A DNA stretch of 41,593 nt from Vulcanimicrobiota bacterium (GTDB taxonomy: Bacteria; Vulcanimicrobiota; SpSt-956; JAKJGF01): positions 1 to 41,593 of the forward strand of contig DAIOEN010000040.1 in assembly GCA_036746235.1 (NCBI GenBank), written 5' to 3'. Position numbers and translations under genes: made by a program. The notes beneath the pieces are model-generated. The model was given only the letters and a program-made list of their open reading frames with translations. It made no database searches and was not told the DNA's origin. This document shows positions 17,166 through 26,338 of this stretch, one piece after another. How positions within the stretch are numbered: the first letter of the stretch is position 1; each line of letters opens with the position of its first letter.

Positions 17166-17393
17166 TTATTCATTTTCTATATAATCACTACAGCGCCAGA
17201 TACCACCTTCTGCTCCGGCAAAAGCACAGGTATTACTTTTTATGCAATTAGAACATAAACCTCCGGTATAATCTCTTACTTTATTGTGAGGAAAAATAAT
17301 AGTATTTTCCTCTGTCATTACATAGCTATGGTTACCACATGAAGAAAGATAAAGATATTTATTATCGCAACTATACTCCCTGATTTTCAACAT
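17166..17393 (-). CDS. Cys-rich small protein (75 aa, 6 Cys); possibly FmdB-like zinc ribbon; first gene after a sigma-54 promoter
   Basis: MLKIREYSCDNKYLYLSSCGNHSY...GGLCSNCIKSNTCAFAGAEGGIWRCSDY; strong SD GTGAAGGAGAAATTCT-ATG; 22 nt before the STK gene on the same strand. Confidence 0.55.
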   Translation of the reverse strand: MLKIREYSCDNKYLYLSSCGNHSYVMTEENTIIFPHNKVRDYTGGLCSNCIKSNTCAFAGAEGGIWRCSDYIENE

Positions 17394-17453
17394 AGAATTT
17401 CTCCTTCACTACGAAGATTATATCGTTTATCTAACTTCATCAATTAATATAAT

Positions 17454-17469
17454 AGCAACTTCTGTACCA
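17454..17469 (-). promoter_or_regulatory. Candidate sigma-54 (-24/-12) promoter for the Cys-rich protein / STK / pilin transcription unit
   Basis: Minus-strand sequence TTGGTACAGAAGTTGCT = TGGTAC-N5-TTGC with exact GG-N10-GC spacing (consensus TGGCAC-N5-TTGCW, one mismatch), about 60 nt upstream of the 17393 start codon, immediately downstream of the sigma-54 activator gene. Confidence 0.5.
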
Positions 17470-17662
17470 ACAGGAATTTTACCGATATAAAGATGCAATT
17501 TTCTCTTTACGCTATAAGGAATTGAATGGGGAATAAAAAATTTTAAGAAAAAAAATGATGCGAAAAAAAACTTTTTTTGCCGGGGAAATATACCTCGGTG
17601 GGGAAATTTTACCCGTTTTTTTTAAATTATTCATTTTAGAGAGCGTAATGGATGATACTATA

Positions 17663-17780
17663 ATCGTGACGTGTAACGGGTAACACGGTTCGTGATGCGT
17701 GATACATGATATATGATGGGCGTTTATTCAAACGCCCCTACCGGTCACCCTTCACCCATCACGACTCACGACTCATCATC
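17663..17780. repeat. Composite repeat element: degenerate CGTGAYG heptamers + GC hairpin (gggcgtttattcaaacgccc) + CTCACYC/CGACTCA heptamers; overlaps the last codons of the sigma-54 activator gene
   Basis: Direct reading; same architecture as 32846-32997 and 1007-1062. The hairpin at 17718-17737 probably terminates the upstream minus-strand gene. Confidence 0.6.
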
Positions 17781-19118
17781 AAGCTTAAATTTTTTCAATT
17801 TTTCTCTGAGGGTTTTTCTATCAATACCAAGTATCTCTGCAGCCTGTGTTTTATTGCCTCCTACAGTTGACAGAACATTGGATATATATTCTAATTCCAC
17901 TTCTGCAAGGGGTCTGTTAAAGCCAGACGTTCTCAGTGCTGAAAAACGCATAAGAGAAGGTAAATCAGGGACTTCTATTAAGTCTCCGTCTGTCATAACT
18001 ACAAGGCGATTGATTACATTCTCAAGTTCTCTTATATTTCCGGGCCAGTGATAATTTTTAATAACCTGGAGGGCATTATCCGAAAAGGCCGGCACAGGTT
18101 TACCTGTTTCTCTGGCAAACTTTGCGGCAAAATGATATGTTAACAATACAATATCTTCTCCTCTTTCCCGAAGTGGCGGGAGATCAATAGTAATAACATT
18201 CAGGCGAAAATATAAATCTTCCCGGAATATACCTTTTTTAACAAGCATCTGAAGATCCTTATTGGTTGCAGCAAGAACCCTTACATCCACCGTTCTTGTT
18301 TTTGAAGAACCTACCATACAGACTTCTTTTTCCTGAAGGACACGAAGAAGTTTTGCCTGCATGGCAAGGCCTGTATCACTTATTTCATCAAGAAATATAG
18401 TCCCTCCGTCAGCAGTTTGAAAAAAACCTGCTCTTGTTTCTGTAGCACCGGTAAAAGAACCTTTTACATGTCCGAAAAGCTCACTTTCAAGTAAACTTTC
18501 CGGTATACCGCCGCAGTTTACCGGGACAAATGGAGAAGCTGCACGGGTTCCGGTATAATGTATTGCTCTGGCAACAAGTTCTTTTCCCGTACCACTTTCG
18601 CCGGAAATAAGAACAGTAGCAGAAGTGGAGGCTGCTTTCTCTATTTCGGAAAAAATCTTTTTAATAGCTACGGACTGGCCTATTATGCCATAAGGAGCAG
18701 GGGGAATATCACTTAATTTATTTCTTGCCCTCCTGAGCATAAGTTTATCCATTACCCGTCTTACAGCAGCAAAAAGTTCGTCAGATGTAAAGGGTTTGGC
18801 AAGATATTCCTCTGCGCCAATCTTTACGGCTTCGACAGCACTTTCAATAGATGCATAACCGGTAATCATCATAATTTCCGTATCTTTAAAATTTTCCCTT
18901 ACATGTCTTATCAGATCCATGCCGCTTACCTTTGGCATACGAAGATCTGTGATTACAAGATCAACCATCATGGTTTCAAGAATCTTAATGGCTTCTCCCA
19001 CACCTGAAGCAGTAAAAACCTCATATCCCTGAGATGTGAGATTTCTCTGGAAAACTTCAAGTGTATTAATTGAATCATCAACAATTAAGATGCGTCCTTT
19101 TTTAGGCACTTTATGCAC
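17766..19118 (-). CDS. Sigma-54-dependent response regulator (NtrC/PilR-type: receiver + AAA+ + HTH)
   Basis: Receiver (ILIVDD, ITDLRMPKVSG); AAA+ Walker A GESGTGKE; GSFTGA (GAFTGA variant, sigma-54 contact); arginine finger region; C-terminal HTH TQAAEILGIDRKTLREKLKK. Confidence 0.9.
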   Translation of the reverse strand: MHKVPKKGRILIVDDSINTLEVFQRNLTSQGYEVFTASGVGEAIKILETMMVDLVITDLRMPKVSGMDLIRHVRENFKDTEIMMITGYASIESAVEAVKIGAEEYLAKPFTSDELFAAVRRVMDKLMLRRARNKLSDIPPAPYGIIGQSVAIKKIFSEIEKAASTSATVLISGESGTGKELVARAIHYTGTRAASPFVPVNCGGIPESLLESELFGHVKGSFTGATETRAGFFQTADGGTIFLDEISDTGLAMQAKLLRVLQEKEVCMVGSSKTRTVDVRVLAATNKDLQMLVKKGIFREDLYFRLNVITIDLPPLRERGEDIVLLTYHFAAKFARETGKPVPAFSDNALQVIKNYHWPGNIRELENVINRLVVMTDGDLIEVPDLPSLMRFSALRTSGFNRPLAEVELEYISNVLSTVGGNKTQAAEILGIDRKTLREKLKKFKLDDES

Positions 19119-19195
19119 ACACCTTCCCTGTGTTCATGACGTGCTATGCGTCACATTAACGTTATTTCCTCCCGTAACGGGTCACGCGTTACCCG

Positions 19196-20923
19196 CTACG
19201 TTAAAGGTATCCGTATTTCAAACCTTGTTCCTTTACCTTCTTTACTGTCAATATTAATACTCCCTCCATGGGAAGACACTATGCCATGTACTACAGCAAG
19301 GCCCAGACCTGTTCCCTGATTAACATCTTTTGTAGTAAAGAAAGGATTGAATATATTTTTTTTAGTTTCTTCATTCATACCTTCTCCCGTATCCTCTACA
19401 GTAAGAGAAATACAATTTTCGGCTGAACAGGTTTTTATTTCAAGTCTTCCGCCGCCTGGCATAGCCTGAATGGCATTGGTTACAAGATTAATAAGAACCT
19501 GGGTCATCTGAGACGGATCTGCAGTAACAGAAGGAAGAGACTCTGATAGATTAATTACCACTTCTATACCGGACTGTTCGCATTTTCCTTCAAAAAAATA
19601 AAGACTGTCTTTAATTATATTATTAATATTCAGAGTAACCTTATTTGAAGGCACCTGTCTGGCAAAAAGGAGCAGTTTTTTTACTATTTCTCTGGCATAA
19701 AGAGAAGATTTTTCTATTTTTTCCAGATCAGATACCGTCTGTTCAGGGAGAGACGGACATTGTTTGGCAAGCTGAGCGAAACCAAGTATATTTCCCAGTG
19801 GTTCATTTAATTCATGGGCTATGCCTGAAGCAAATTTTCCTATAGTTGCAAGCCTGTCTGCATGTCTTATCTGTTCACTGGAAGCATCAACTCTTGCAAG
19901 CATACTGTCAATGGTACAGGCCAGAGAAGCAATTTCGTCTTCTCCGGGAAGTAACTTCTTTAACGAAAGATCCTTTATAAGACCTATATTATCAACACTG
20001 TTACTCAGGAGATAAAGACGGGAAAGAACTATCATATCAAGAAGCAGCATATTTACTATTCCAATTACAATGGCAACTACCAGAAAGGAGAGTATAAAAT
20101 AATAGAGACTCCTCTTTCCTTCAAGATAAATCTCTCTTATCATGTCTACCTTTAATATAAGAGCAGGATTTCCATAGATATCTTTTAACATAATATAACC
20201 TGCCGTATAATCTTTATTAAGAGGTCTTATAAAAATACCTGTTTCTTTTAAGAAATGTTCCTTTACCTGCAGGACATCATCAGGCATATCAATGGCACTG
20301 AATTTATATATATTAATGGAAAGAGACGTAATCTCCCTGAGTCTGTTAATCTCTGGCTCATCAATAAATCTGCCCATAATCAATGTACCTCTTGAAGGTC
20401 CTTCCCATTCATTTGTAAGAATGGGGCGGGATGAAACAATCATAGGTTTTCCCTGAAACATAATAATACCTTCGACACTGCTGGTAGTACTCTGATGATT
20501 TAAAAGGGGAGAATTATTCAGAAACTTATTCAGGCTTTCAGTAACATGTATATCTTTACCGGTATCAAGATCAACTGCTTTAGAACAAACTACTTTCCCT
20601 GAAGAATTAGTAAAAATTACAATATTGACCCTTAAATTCACAAGAGTAGTATTCTGAAGATTGGCTTCAGAATAGGATTTATTCAAATCTTTAACAAAAC
20701 GATAAGTATCATCCCAAGGAGCCCAGTCTCCTGTAACGGCAGCAAGAGATAAATACTCATCCTGCAATGCATTTACAGCTCTTTCTACATTCCTTGTGAC
20801 AGTTTTTTTTTCTAAATCAATAAATCCTCCCAGAAGTATTACTCTTGAAATAATGTAAAGTAATATAATTAAAAATATAAAGGTAATAATTATAACAACA
20901 AGCGTTTTTTTACGTATATTCAT
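19196..20923 (-). CDS. Membrane sensor histidine kinase with extracytoplasmic sensing domain, cognate to the NtrC-type regulator
   Basis: The true start is probably MNIRKKTLVVIIITFIF (ATG 20921-20923). The ORF-track N-terminal extension to 21043 is translation of repeat DNA. H-box AHELNEPLGNI, G-boxes GTGLGLAVV, two TM segments. Confidence 0.85.
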   Translation of the reverse strand: MNIRKKTLVVIIITFIFLIILLYIISRVILLGGFIDLEKKTVTRNVERAVNALQDEYLSLAAVTGDWAPWDDTYRFVKDLNKSYSEANLQNTTLVNLRVNIVIFTNSSGKVVCSKAVDLDTGKDIHVTESLNKFLNNSPLLNHQSTTSSVEGIIMFQGKPMIVSSRPILTNEWEGPSRGTLIMGRFIDEPEINRLREITSLSINIYKFSAIDMPDDVLQVKEHFLKETGIFIRPLNKDYTAGYIMLKDIYGNPALILKVDMIREIYLEGKRSLYYFILSFLVVAIVIGIVNMLLLDMIVLSRLYLLSNSVDNIGLIKDLSLKKLLPGEDEIASLACTIDSMLARVDASSEQIRHADRLATIGKFASGIAHELNEPLGNILGFAQLAKQCPSLPEQTVSDLEKIEKSSLYAREIVKKLLLFARQVPSNKVTLNINNIIKDSLYFFEGKCEQSGIEVVINLSESLPSVTADPSQMTQVLINLVTNAIQAMPGGGRLEIKTCSAENCISLTVEDTGEGMNEETKKNIFNPFFTTKDVNQGTGLGLAVVHGIVSSHGGSINIDSKEGKGTRFEIRIPLT

Positions 20924-20927
20924 AATA

Positions 20928-21050
20928 ATTCGTGACGCGTCATGCGTGACGCGAGGATTTATTTTAATATAGTTAGTTTCATAACTATCTATATAATAAG
21001 TCGTAATGCGTGATGCGTGATGCGAAGGGATTAAACCCGTCACGCATTAC
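20928..21050. repeat. Two heptamer repeat blocks (cgtgacg cgtcatg cgtgacg cgagg; cgtaatg cgtgatg cgtgatg cg...gtcacgcattacg) followed by (TATATTA)x3
   Basis: Direct reading; contains the 10-bp palindrome tgacgcgtca; abuts the histidine-kinase start codon. Confidence 0.7.
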
Positions 21051-21173
21051 GATATATATATTATATATTATATATTATATTATTCCAGTTATCAAATAAT
21101 TTGACATTAATAACTTAAAAATATATAATATTTATAAATATAAATAAATACTAATGAAAGAAGGTTCAAATAA

Positions 21174-21821
21174 ATGGATAGTTTAAAGACAGCGTCTCCA
21201 TATAATCTTTCATATAATAACATCATAAATACACAGATCGCGCAACCTAAAGTTCCTTTTAAGTCCATTAATCCCCCTGCCGGCCAGGAGACAAATCCGA
21301 CAGCGCCGGGAGACAGCACCTTATCTAAAGAAGATCTGAAAAAAGCAAGATTGAAGTCACTTACAACTGCACAGGACAAGATGATGAAAAACAAAAGATT
21401 GAAGCCCCGTGACGGGAAAACCTTCTGTAACGAAGGATTGAACTCTACGTTAAAACAACTTGGAGTTCCTGTAGAAGAAGCAGGAGTAGCCCATAAAAGC
21501 GGATGTGCCCTTACGGCAAATGTTATAGCAAAAAATATGGCAGCTTCAGCCAAAGAAGAAAATGGTTACTGGACTGAAGTAGATCCGAAAAAAGCCCAGG
21601 AATATGCAAATAACGGACTTCCTGTAGTGGGTACACAGGTAAGTAAAAAAGGGCACGGACATGTGGCAACAGTTCGTCCCGGTTATGAACCATCTGAAAA
21701 TCCTATGATAAATAATATAGGCAAATCCAATAAAGTTATGAGAGAAAATTATTCTTTTAACAATGGCGTTCCTGTACATTATTATGTAGCAAGAAATGAA
21801 GCCAAAAGTACAGGCATATAA
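21174..21821 (+). CDS. Hypothetical protein with a possible Cys/His papain-like (amidase/peptidase, Tae4- or CHAP-like?) fold; no signal peptide
   Basis: Candidate catalytic Cys in KTFCNEGLNSTL and His in KKGHGHVATV; Lys-rich N-terminus; the assignment is tentative, from motif spacing only. Confidence 0.4.
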   Translation: MDSLKTASPYNLSYNNIINTQIAQPKVPFKSINPPAGQETNPTAPGDSTLSKEDLKKARLKSLTTAQDKMMKNKRLKPRDGKTFCNEGLNSTLKQLGVPVEEAGVAHKSGCALTANVIAKNMAASAKEENGYWTEVDPKKAQEYANNGLPVVGTQVSKKGHGHVATVRPGYEPSENPMINNIGKSNKVMRENYSFNNGVPVHYYVARNEAKSTGI

Positions 21822-21962
21822 GAAGTGAAGGATGAAGGATAAAAAGCAAATGATTTATATGAGAATCGTGATGTGTAACGCGTAACGCGTGACATGAGGA
21901 AAAAAATTCTCATACGTCGTTATAACCAAACAAATTATAGTTATTAGTTATTCACCTTTCAC

Positions 21963-23345
21963 ATGAATAAAATATTAATTTTAACAGATGAATTCTCCAA
22001 TACTATAAGTCCTGTTTCTTATCTAAACGGTTATCTTCACGAAACCGGTAAAAAAGCAGATGAATTTGTAACAGACGAAAATACTGATCTTAAAGAATTA
22101 TTTACACTGGCCGGTAGTTATGACATTATCGGTCTCAGCAGCTGGGGTCATGACAGAGAAGAAATACTGGATTTATTGTTTAACCTGAGAAAAAAGGGGA
22201 AAACCACTGTCATAGGCGGCCCCGGTATAATAGAAGAACAAAAACATTTTACCCATACAGTATCAGGCGCCGGAGAGTATTTTCTTCTTGACCTTTTAAA
22301 TGGGAAAAAACTTCCTCCTTTTTACAGAGAAACTAAAGAGCCACCTTATAAATTTAAACTTACAGATTTTTCACTCATGAAATTACCTTCAATGGATAAC
22401 AATATATCAGTTTCCGTGAGAACTTTTGATGGATGTTACTGGGGAAAATGTTATTTCTGCACCTATAATCACAATTATCCAAACAGATTAACTCTCCTTG
22501 ATGAAAACAAAGCCTCTTTAATAAGCAGGACCTTTGATAAGATAGTAAACGATATAAAAGAAGTAAAAAATCATGCCGAAGTCACATTCTACATGACCCA
22601 TGCAAGTATTAACAAAAAAAATCTTGAATATTTACTCGAAGCCATAAAAAAATCCGAGAAAAATTTCAAATGGGTAACCTTTATAAGACCTGAAGCGTGG
22701 GTAATAAAATACCTGAAAGATATTCATAACCTCAACGGAATTTTAGATACAGGGTATGAATTTATATGTAATAGAGATCCTGTCAATAAAGGCTGTATTC
22801 CTGAACATGAAATAAGACTATCTCTCGAAGCATTCAGAGAACAGGTTCCTGTTAAAGGAAATTTCCTTTATTGTATACCGGGAACAGAAGAGAGAGATCT
22901 TATAGAATGTGCTGTAAATACAGGCAGGATAAGACACTGTTTTTCTTCTTTCGTACTGGGCCAGTTATTTATAGAAAAGGAAACAGAATTTTATAGAAAA
23001 AAAGAAGATTTTCATATTATATGTCATGATGACATAATTAATTACGGAAGATCTGGCGGCGGAAATTATATGGCTCATTTCGAAGATTATTCAGGTTTTC
23101 GGACTGTAAAAGATTATAATCTCTTTATAGAACATAATAAAAAATTCGCTATGGCTGTAGCGGAAATTATGGAGACAGAAATTTCCTCCTGGGAAGATCC
23201 GATTGACATAGAAGTTCAGTTGCCTCCTCTGGATAAAGAAAAAGTCTATAATATTCTGACTGCATATTTTGACGATAAAAATTTTATAAAAAAATCTATT
23301 GATAATACCTGGCGTATTTCTTCCGATATAAAGCAAAAACAGTGA
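21963..23345 (+). CDS. B12-binding-domain radical SAM protein with non-canonical Cx4Cx2C cluster motif
   Basis: N-terminal Rossmann-like B12-binding region (KILILTDEF...DIIGLSS...GKTTVIGGPG) followed by GCYWGKCYFCTY (C-x4-C-x2-C) and a TIM-barrel-like remainder. Confidence 0.6.
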   Translation: MNKILILTDEFSNTISPVSYLNGYLHETGKKADEFVTDENTDLKELFTLAGSYDIIGLSSWGHDREEILDLLFNLRKKGKTTVIGGPGIIEEQKHFTHTVSGAGEYFLLDLLNGKKLPPFYRETKEPPYKFKLTDFSLMKLPSMDNNISVSVRTFDGCYWGKCYFCTYNHNYPNRLTLLDENKASLISRTFDKIVNDIKEVKNHAEVTFYMTHASINKKNLEYLLEAIKKSEKNFKWVTFIRPEAWVIKYLKDIHNLNGILDTGYEFICNRDPVNKGCIPEHEIRLSLEAFREQVPVKGNFLYCIPGTEERDLIECAVNTGRIRHCFSSFVLGQLFIEKETEFYRKKEDFHIICHDDIINYGRSGGGNYMAHFEDYSGFRTVKDYNLFIEHNKKFAMAVAEIMETEISSWEDPIDIEVQLPPLDKEKVYNILTAYFDDKNFIKKSIDNTWRISSDIKQKQ

Positions 23346-23395
23346 GTAGAATTTTTTCCACTCACCATTCACTCTTCACTCTTCACTTTTACCCA

Positions 23396-24004
23396 TTAAA
23401 ATCTCATTTTCTCACTTCTGGAAGCAACTGACGAACCGGGGAAGTAACTTGTAACCTTTGAAAGTGCTTCAGTCCTGTTAGTCGTGCCCAGGATTTTATA
23501 AACACATGTTTCAGGGCTGCCTCCGTTGGGATAAGAAATCATAATGTAACTGTTCTCATCATTAGAGTAAAGAAGGAGTACTACATGGTCGTAACTGGAT
23601 GCAGGCTGATATAAATATACAGACTCTCCGCCATAAACACTCAGAAGTAAAACAGTCATTCTATAACAATTCAATAATTTACTGGTATAAATCTGTTCCG
23701 CACTTGATGAATCCGGCCATACAAGCCCGTTCTGACCGTAAAGGGAAAAAGTCCATCCGTTATGTCTTTCACTGTCATTCCACCAGGTAACAAACTCTGT
23801 TGGTTTCATAGAAGCAACTTCAGATTTCCATTGAGTAAATTCACTCTGGGTACCGGTATCTACTACAGGAACTACAGATGTAGAAGTATCTACAGAATTT
23901 GAAATAGCAGATGAAGTAATACTTTCGCCGCCGCCACCTCCGCAGGAAGAGAAAAATAATATAACAATCATAAGAGCTATCAGTATAAATATTCTGAAAA
24001 CCAT
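23396..24004 (-). CDS. Lipoprotein of unknown function (possible Cys/His/Asp peptidase-like fold)
   Basis: MVFRIFILIALMIVILFFSSCGGGGG lipobox signal (start moved to the internal ATG at 24002-24004); Ser/Thr-rich linker; candidate triad residues (NCYRMT...YDHVV) are weak evidence. Confidence 0.5.
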   Translation of the reverse strand: MVFRIFILIALMIVILFFSSCGGGGGESITSSAISNSVDTSTSVVPVVDTGTQSEFTQWKSEVASMKPTEFVTWWNDSERHNGWTFSLYGQNGLVWPDSSSAEQIYTSKLLNCYRMTVLLLSVYGGESVYLYQPASSYDHVVLLLYSNDENSYIMISYPNGGSPETCVYKILGTTNRTEALSKVTSYFPGSSVASRSEKMRF

Positions 24005-24190
24005 AAATTCCACCCTTTCTTTAATTAATATGTTTCCAAAGGTTTATATCTTCAACTAATTATAAGATCGGCAGAATTTAAATACTTTAGAGGCTAAGAA
24101 TAATGGATAAAAGGAGTAAATTAATTTATTCTTCTATAGTTCTTAAGGTTTACAGAAATTGAACTTTTGCAATAAAGTAATGAGGGTAAA

Positions 24191-24234
24191 GTGGTACATT
24201 CCGGGACTGTTTTTTTTTCCATGGAATGTACCAC
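24191..24234. terminator. Hairpin with 12-bp perfect stem (gtggtacattcc ... ggaatgtaccac) downstream of the beta-helix lipoprotein gene
   Basis: The 12-bp inverted repeat is separated by a 20-nt T-rich loop, 17 nt after the 24251 stop on the minus strand. Confidence 0.4.
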
Positions 24235-24250
24235 TATTTATGCAAGGTTT

Positions 24251-26338
24251 CTAATATTTGACCGTAGAAAAAGGAGAAATAATAAGCCTGACAGATCCTC
24301 CCACAGTAGATTGATTATAAGCATTTGTATCGTCAGGGGTTGCAACATTCCAGTAATTATATCTTGCAGTTACATTATAATAAGGACTGGCATCATTATA
24401 GTACATATCTTTACCATTTCCGGCACCGGTATTGGAATAAATATTATTATATGTAATGGAAGGAACAGCAGCAGTAAGTCCCGGATCTATAAAAATACCT
24501 CCGCCGTTTGCAATGGCATTATTATATATTATATTATTGAAATTTCCCTGGGCCCCTCCTATTACAGGAACTCCTCTATAAAGATAAATGCCTCCTCCGT
24601 TGTTTGCAGTATTTGCCTGAATATTACAGAGACTTATGGAAGGATTTCCAAGGGCGATATAAATACCTCCTCCTCCGAAGGCTTCATTCTGTTCTATTTT
24701 ATTATTTATAATTACAGGGTTTCCTGCAGAATTGTAGATACCACCTCCAAGATTATTGACTGAACCTGAAGGGCCAAGAGCTTTATTACCAATTATAGTA
24801 GTAATAGAATTAATGCTTCCTATAACAGAACCGGCACTATCGGCATTATAAATGCCTCCTCCCTGTCCTGCCTGAGCAGTACTTCCTGCAATATTATCTT
24901 TAATAACAGAACCGTTTATAGACGTAGCACCTGTACCGCTGGCGCAATAAATACCTCCTCCTGAAGAAGTAGCAGTATTCCCTTCCACAGTAGATCCGCT
25001 TACTGTAACAGAACCTGTGCCATTGACACAGTAGATGCCTCCTCCTGAAGAGGTAGCACTGTTATTTTTTATAACGGAACTTATTAACATATTAACACTT
25101 CCGGAACTATTACTGTCACAGTAAATACCGCCACCGTTAACTGCAGTATTATCCTTTATTGTATTTGTACCGTCCAGAGTTACAACATTAATAGAATTAT
25201 TATATATACCCCCTCCGTTAAAGGCACTGTTATAATGAATAACAGAATTCTGTATTACAGGTCTGGACGAAGCAGAGATAAATATTCCTCCTCCATTGCC
25301 TGTGGCACTGTTCTTTAAAGTATCTGCTCCTCCTATGGTGCAGTTCTTTATAACAGGACTGGCACTGGAAATATAAATGGCTCCGCCACTGGTTGCAGAA
25401 CAGGAAGTAACAGTGGAATTCTCTATTAAAGGATTACTGTTAAACATATAAATACCTCCTCCGTTAGTGGCAGAAGAGGATGTTATTTTGCAGTTACTTA
25501 TTACAGGGCCGGCGTTTGCTATAGATATTCCGCTTCCGCTCTGATTCTGAACTGTAATATAAGAAAGAGTGGCAGAGGCATTAAAAACTACTCCTTTTTT
25601 TATTACAGGCTGAGAAGCTTTTGCGGATCTTACAGTAAGATGATTATCTGAATTAAAGGTTACAGTTTCATCATAATCTCCGGAACGAACAATAATTGTT
25701 TTTCCATAGGAAGCTACATCGACTGCTTTCTGCACGGTTTTATAAGGCTTATTCCATGATCCGTCTCCGGAGATATTATCACCTTTCAGAGTATCTACAT
25801 AAATATTATCACCTGCCGGTTCAAGCAGGGCAGGTACAGTTATGACTTCTCCATTTTTCGTTATACTTACAACAGTGCTGAATGTTTTAAATCCTTCTTT
25901 TTCTGCAGTAACTGTATAATCGCCCGGAGCAAGGTCTGTTATTACACTCTCCCCTGCAGCACTGCCTGTAATATCTGTACGGGAAACTTTAACAGTTGCA
26001 CCGATTGACGGCTGTTCAAGACCATTTTCTGTTTTTTCTGTTACAACTACCTTTACCGAGCCGGTAGAGATGCCGGGAGGTACAGGTGTTGAAGTGGCAG
26101 AAGAAGGAGTAGTGGTAGATGATGGAGGTGTTGAAGTTGGATTGCCGGGAGGTACAGTCTGACCTGGAATGGGTGTTGAAGCAGGGGTAGAAGGTAGAAC
26201 AGAAGGAGTTGAAAATGGAGTATCGGTGGGAACAGGTGTTATTATACCTGCCGGGACTCCTGTATAGGATGGGCCTGTCCCTCCTCCGCAGCCTGAGAGT
26301 ATAAATAAAATAATAAAAGGGAACAGAATTTTTTTCAT
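24251..26338 (-). CDS. Surface lipoprotein with Pro/Thr-rich linker, Ig/CarboxypepD_reg-like domain and right-handed parallel beta-helix repeats
   Basis: Start moved to MKKILFPFIILFILSGCGGG (ATG 26336-26338; SD AAAGGAGAA). PT-rich linker; more than 12 repeats of the NxxxxNGGGIY beta-helix signature; adhesin- or polysaccharide-lyase-like. Confidence 0.75.
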   Translation of the reverse strand: MKKILFPFIILFILSGCGGGTGPSYTGVPAGIITPVPTDTPFSTPSVLPSTPASTPIPGQTVPPGNPTSTPPSSTTTPSSATSTPVPPGISTGSVKVVVTEKTENGLEQPSIGATVKVSRTDITGSAAGESVITDLAPGDYTVTAEKEGFKTFSTVVSITKNGEVITVPALLEPAGDNIYVDTLKGDNISGDGSWNKPYKTVQKAVDVASYGKTIIVRSGDYDETVTFNSDNHLTVRSAKASQPVIKKGVVFNASATLSYITVQNQSGSGISIANAGPVISNCKITSSSATNGGGIYMFNSNPLIENSTVTSCSATSGGAIYISSASPVIKNCTIGGADTLKNSATGNGGGIFISASSRPVIQNSVIHYNSAFNGGGIYNNSINVVTLDGTNTIKDNTAVNGGGIYCDSNSSGSVNMLISSVIKNNSATSSGGGIYCVNGTGSVTVSGSTVEGNTATSSGGGIYCASGTGATSINGSVIKDNIAGSTAQAGQGGGIYNADSAGSVIGSINSITTIIGNKALGPSGSVNNLGGGIYNSAGNPVIINNKIEQNEAFGGGGIYIALGNPSISLCNIQANTANNGGGIYLYRGVPVIGGAQGNFNNIIYNNAIANGGGIFIDPGLTAAVPSITYNNIYSNTGAGNGKDMYYNDASPYYNVTARYNYWNVATPDDTNAYNQSTVGGSVRLIISPFSTVKY

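Noticed and set aside
20924-21043. N-terminal 40 aa of ORF 19196..21043 (MTGLIPSHHASRITTYYIDSY…)
   Set aside because: The frame is open through heptamer-repeat DNA. The signal/TM-like start MNIRKKTLVVIIITFIF at 20923 is the plausible initiation site.
21054-21085. (TATATTA)x3-4 AT-rich repeat
   Set aside because: This is a simple AT-rich microsatellite in a divergent promoter region and is probably compositional. It is noted only as part of the general heptamer periodicity.
24191-24763. Plus-strand 190-aa ORF
   Set aside because: It is antisense to the 3' part of the beta-helix lipoprotein gene and begins inside a hairpin. The Ile/Asn-rich product is typical of antisense AT-rich frames.
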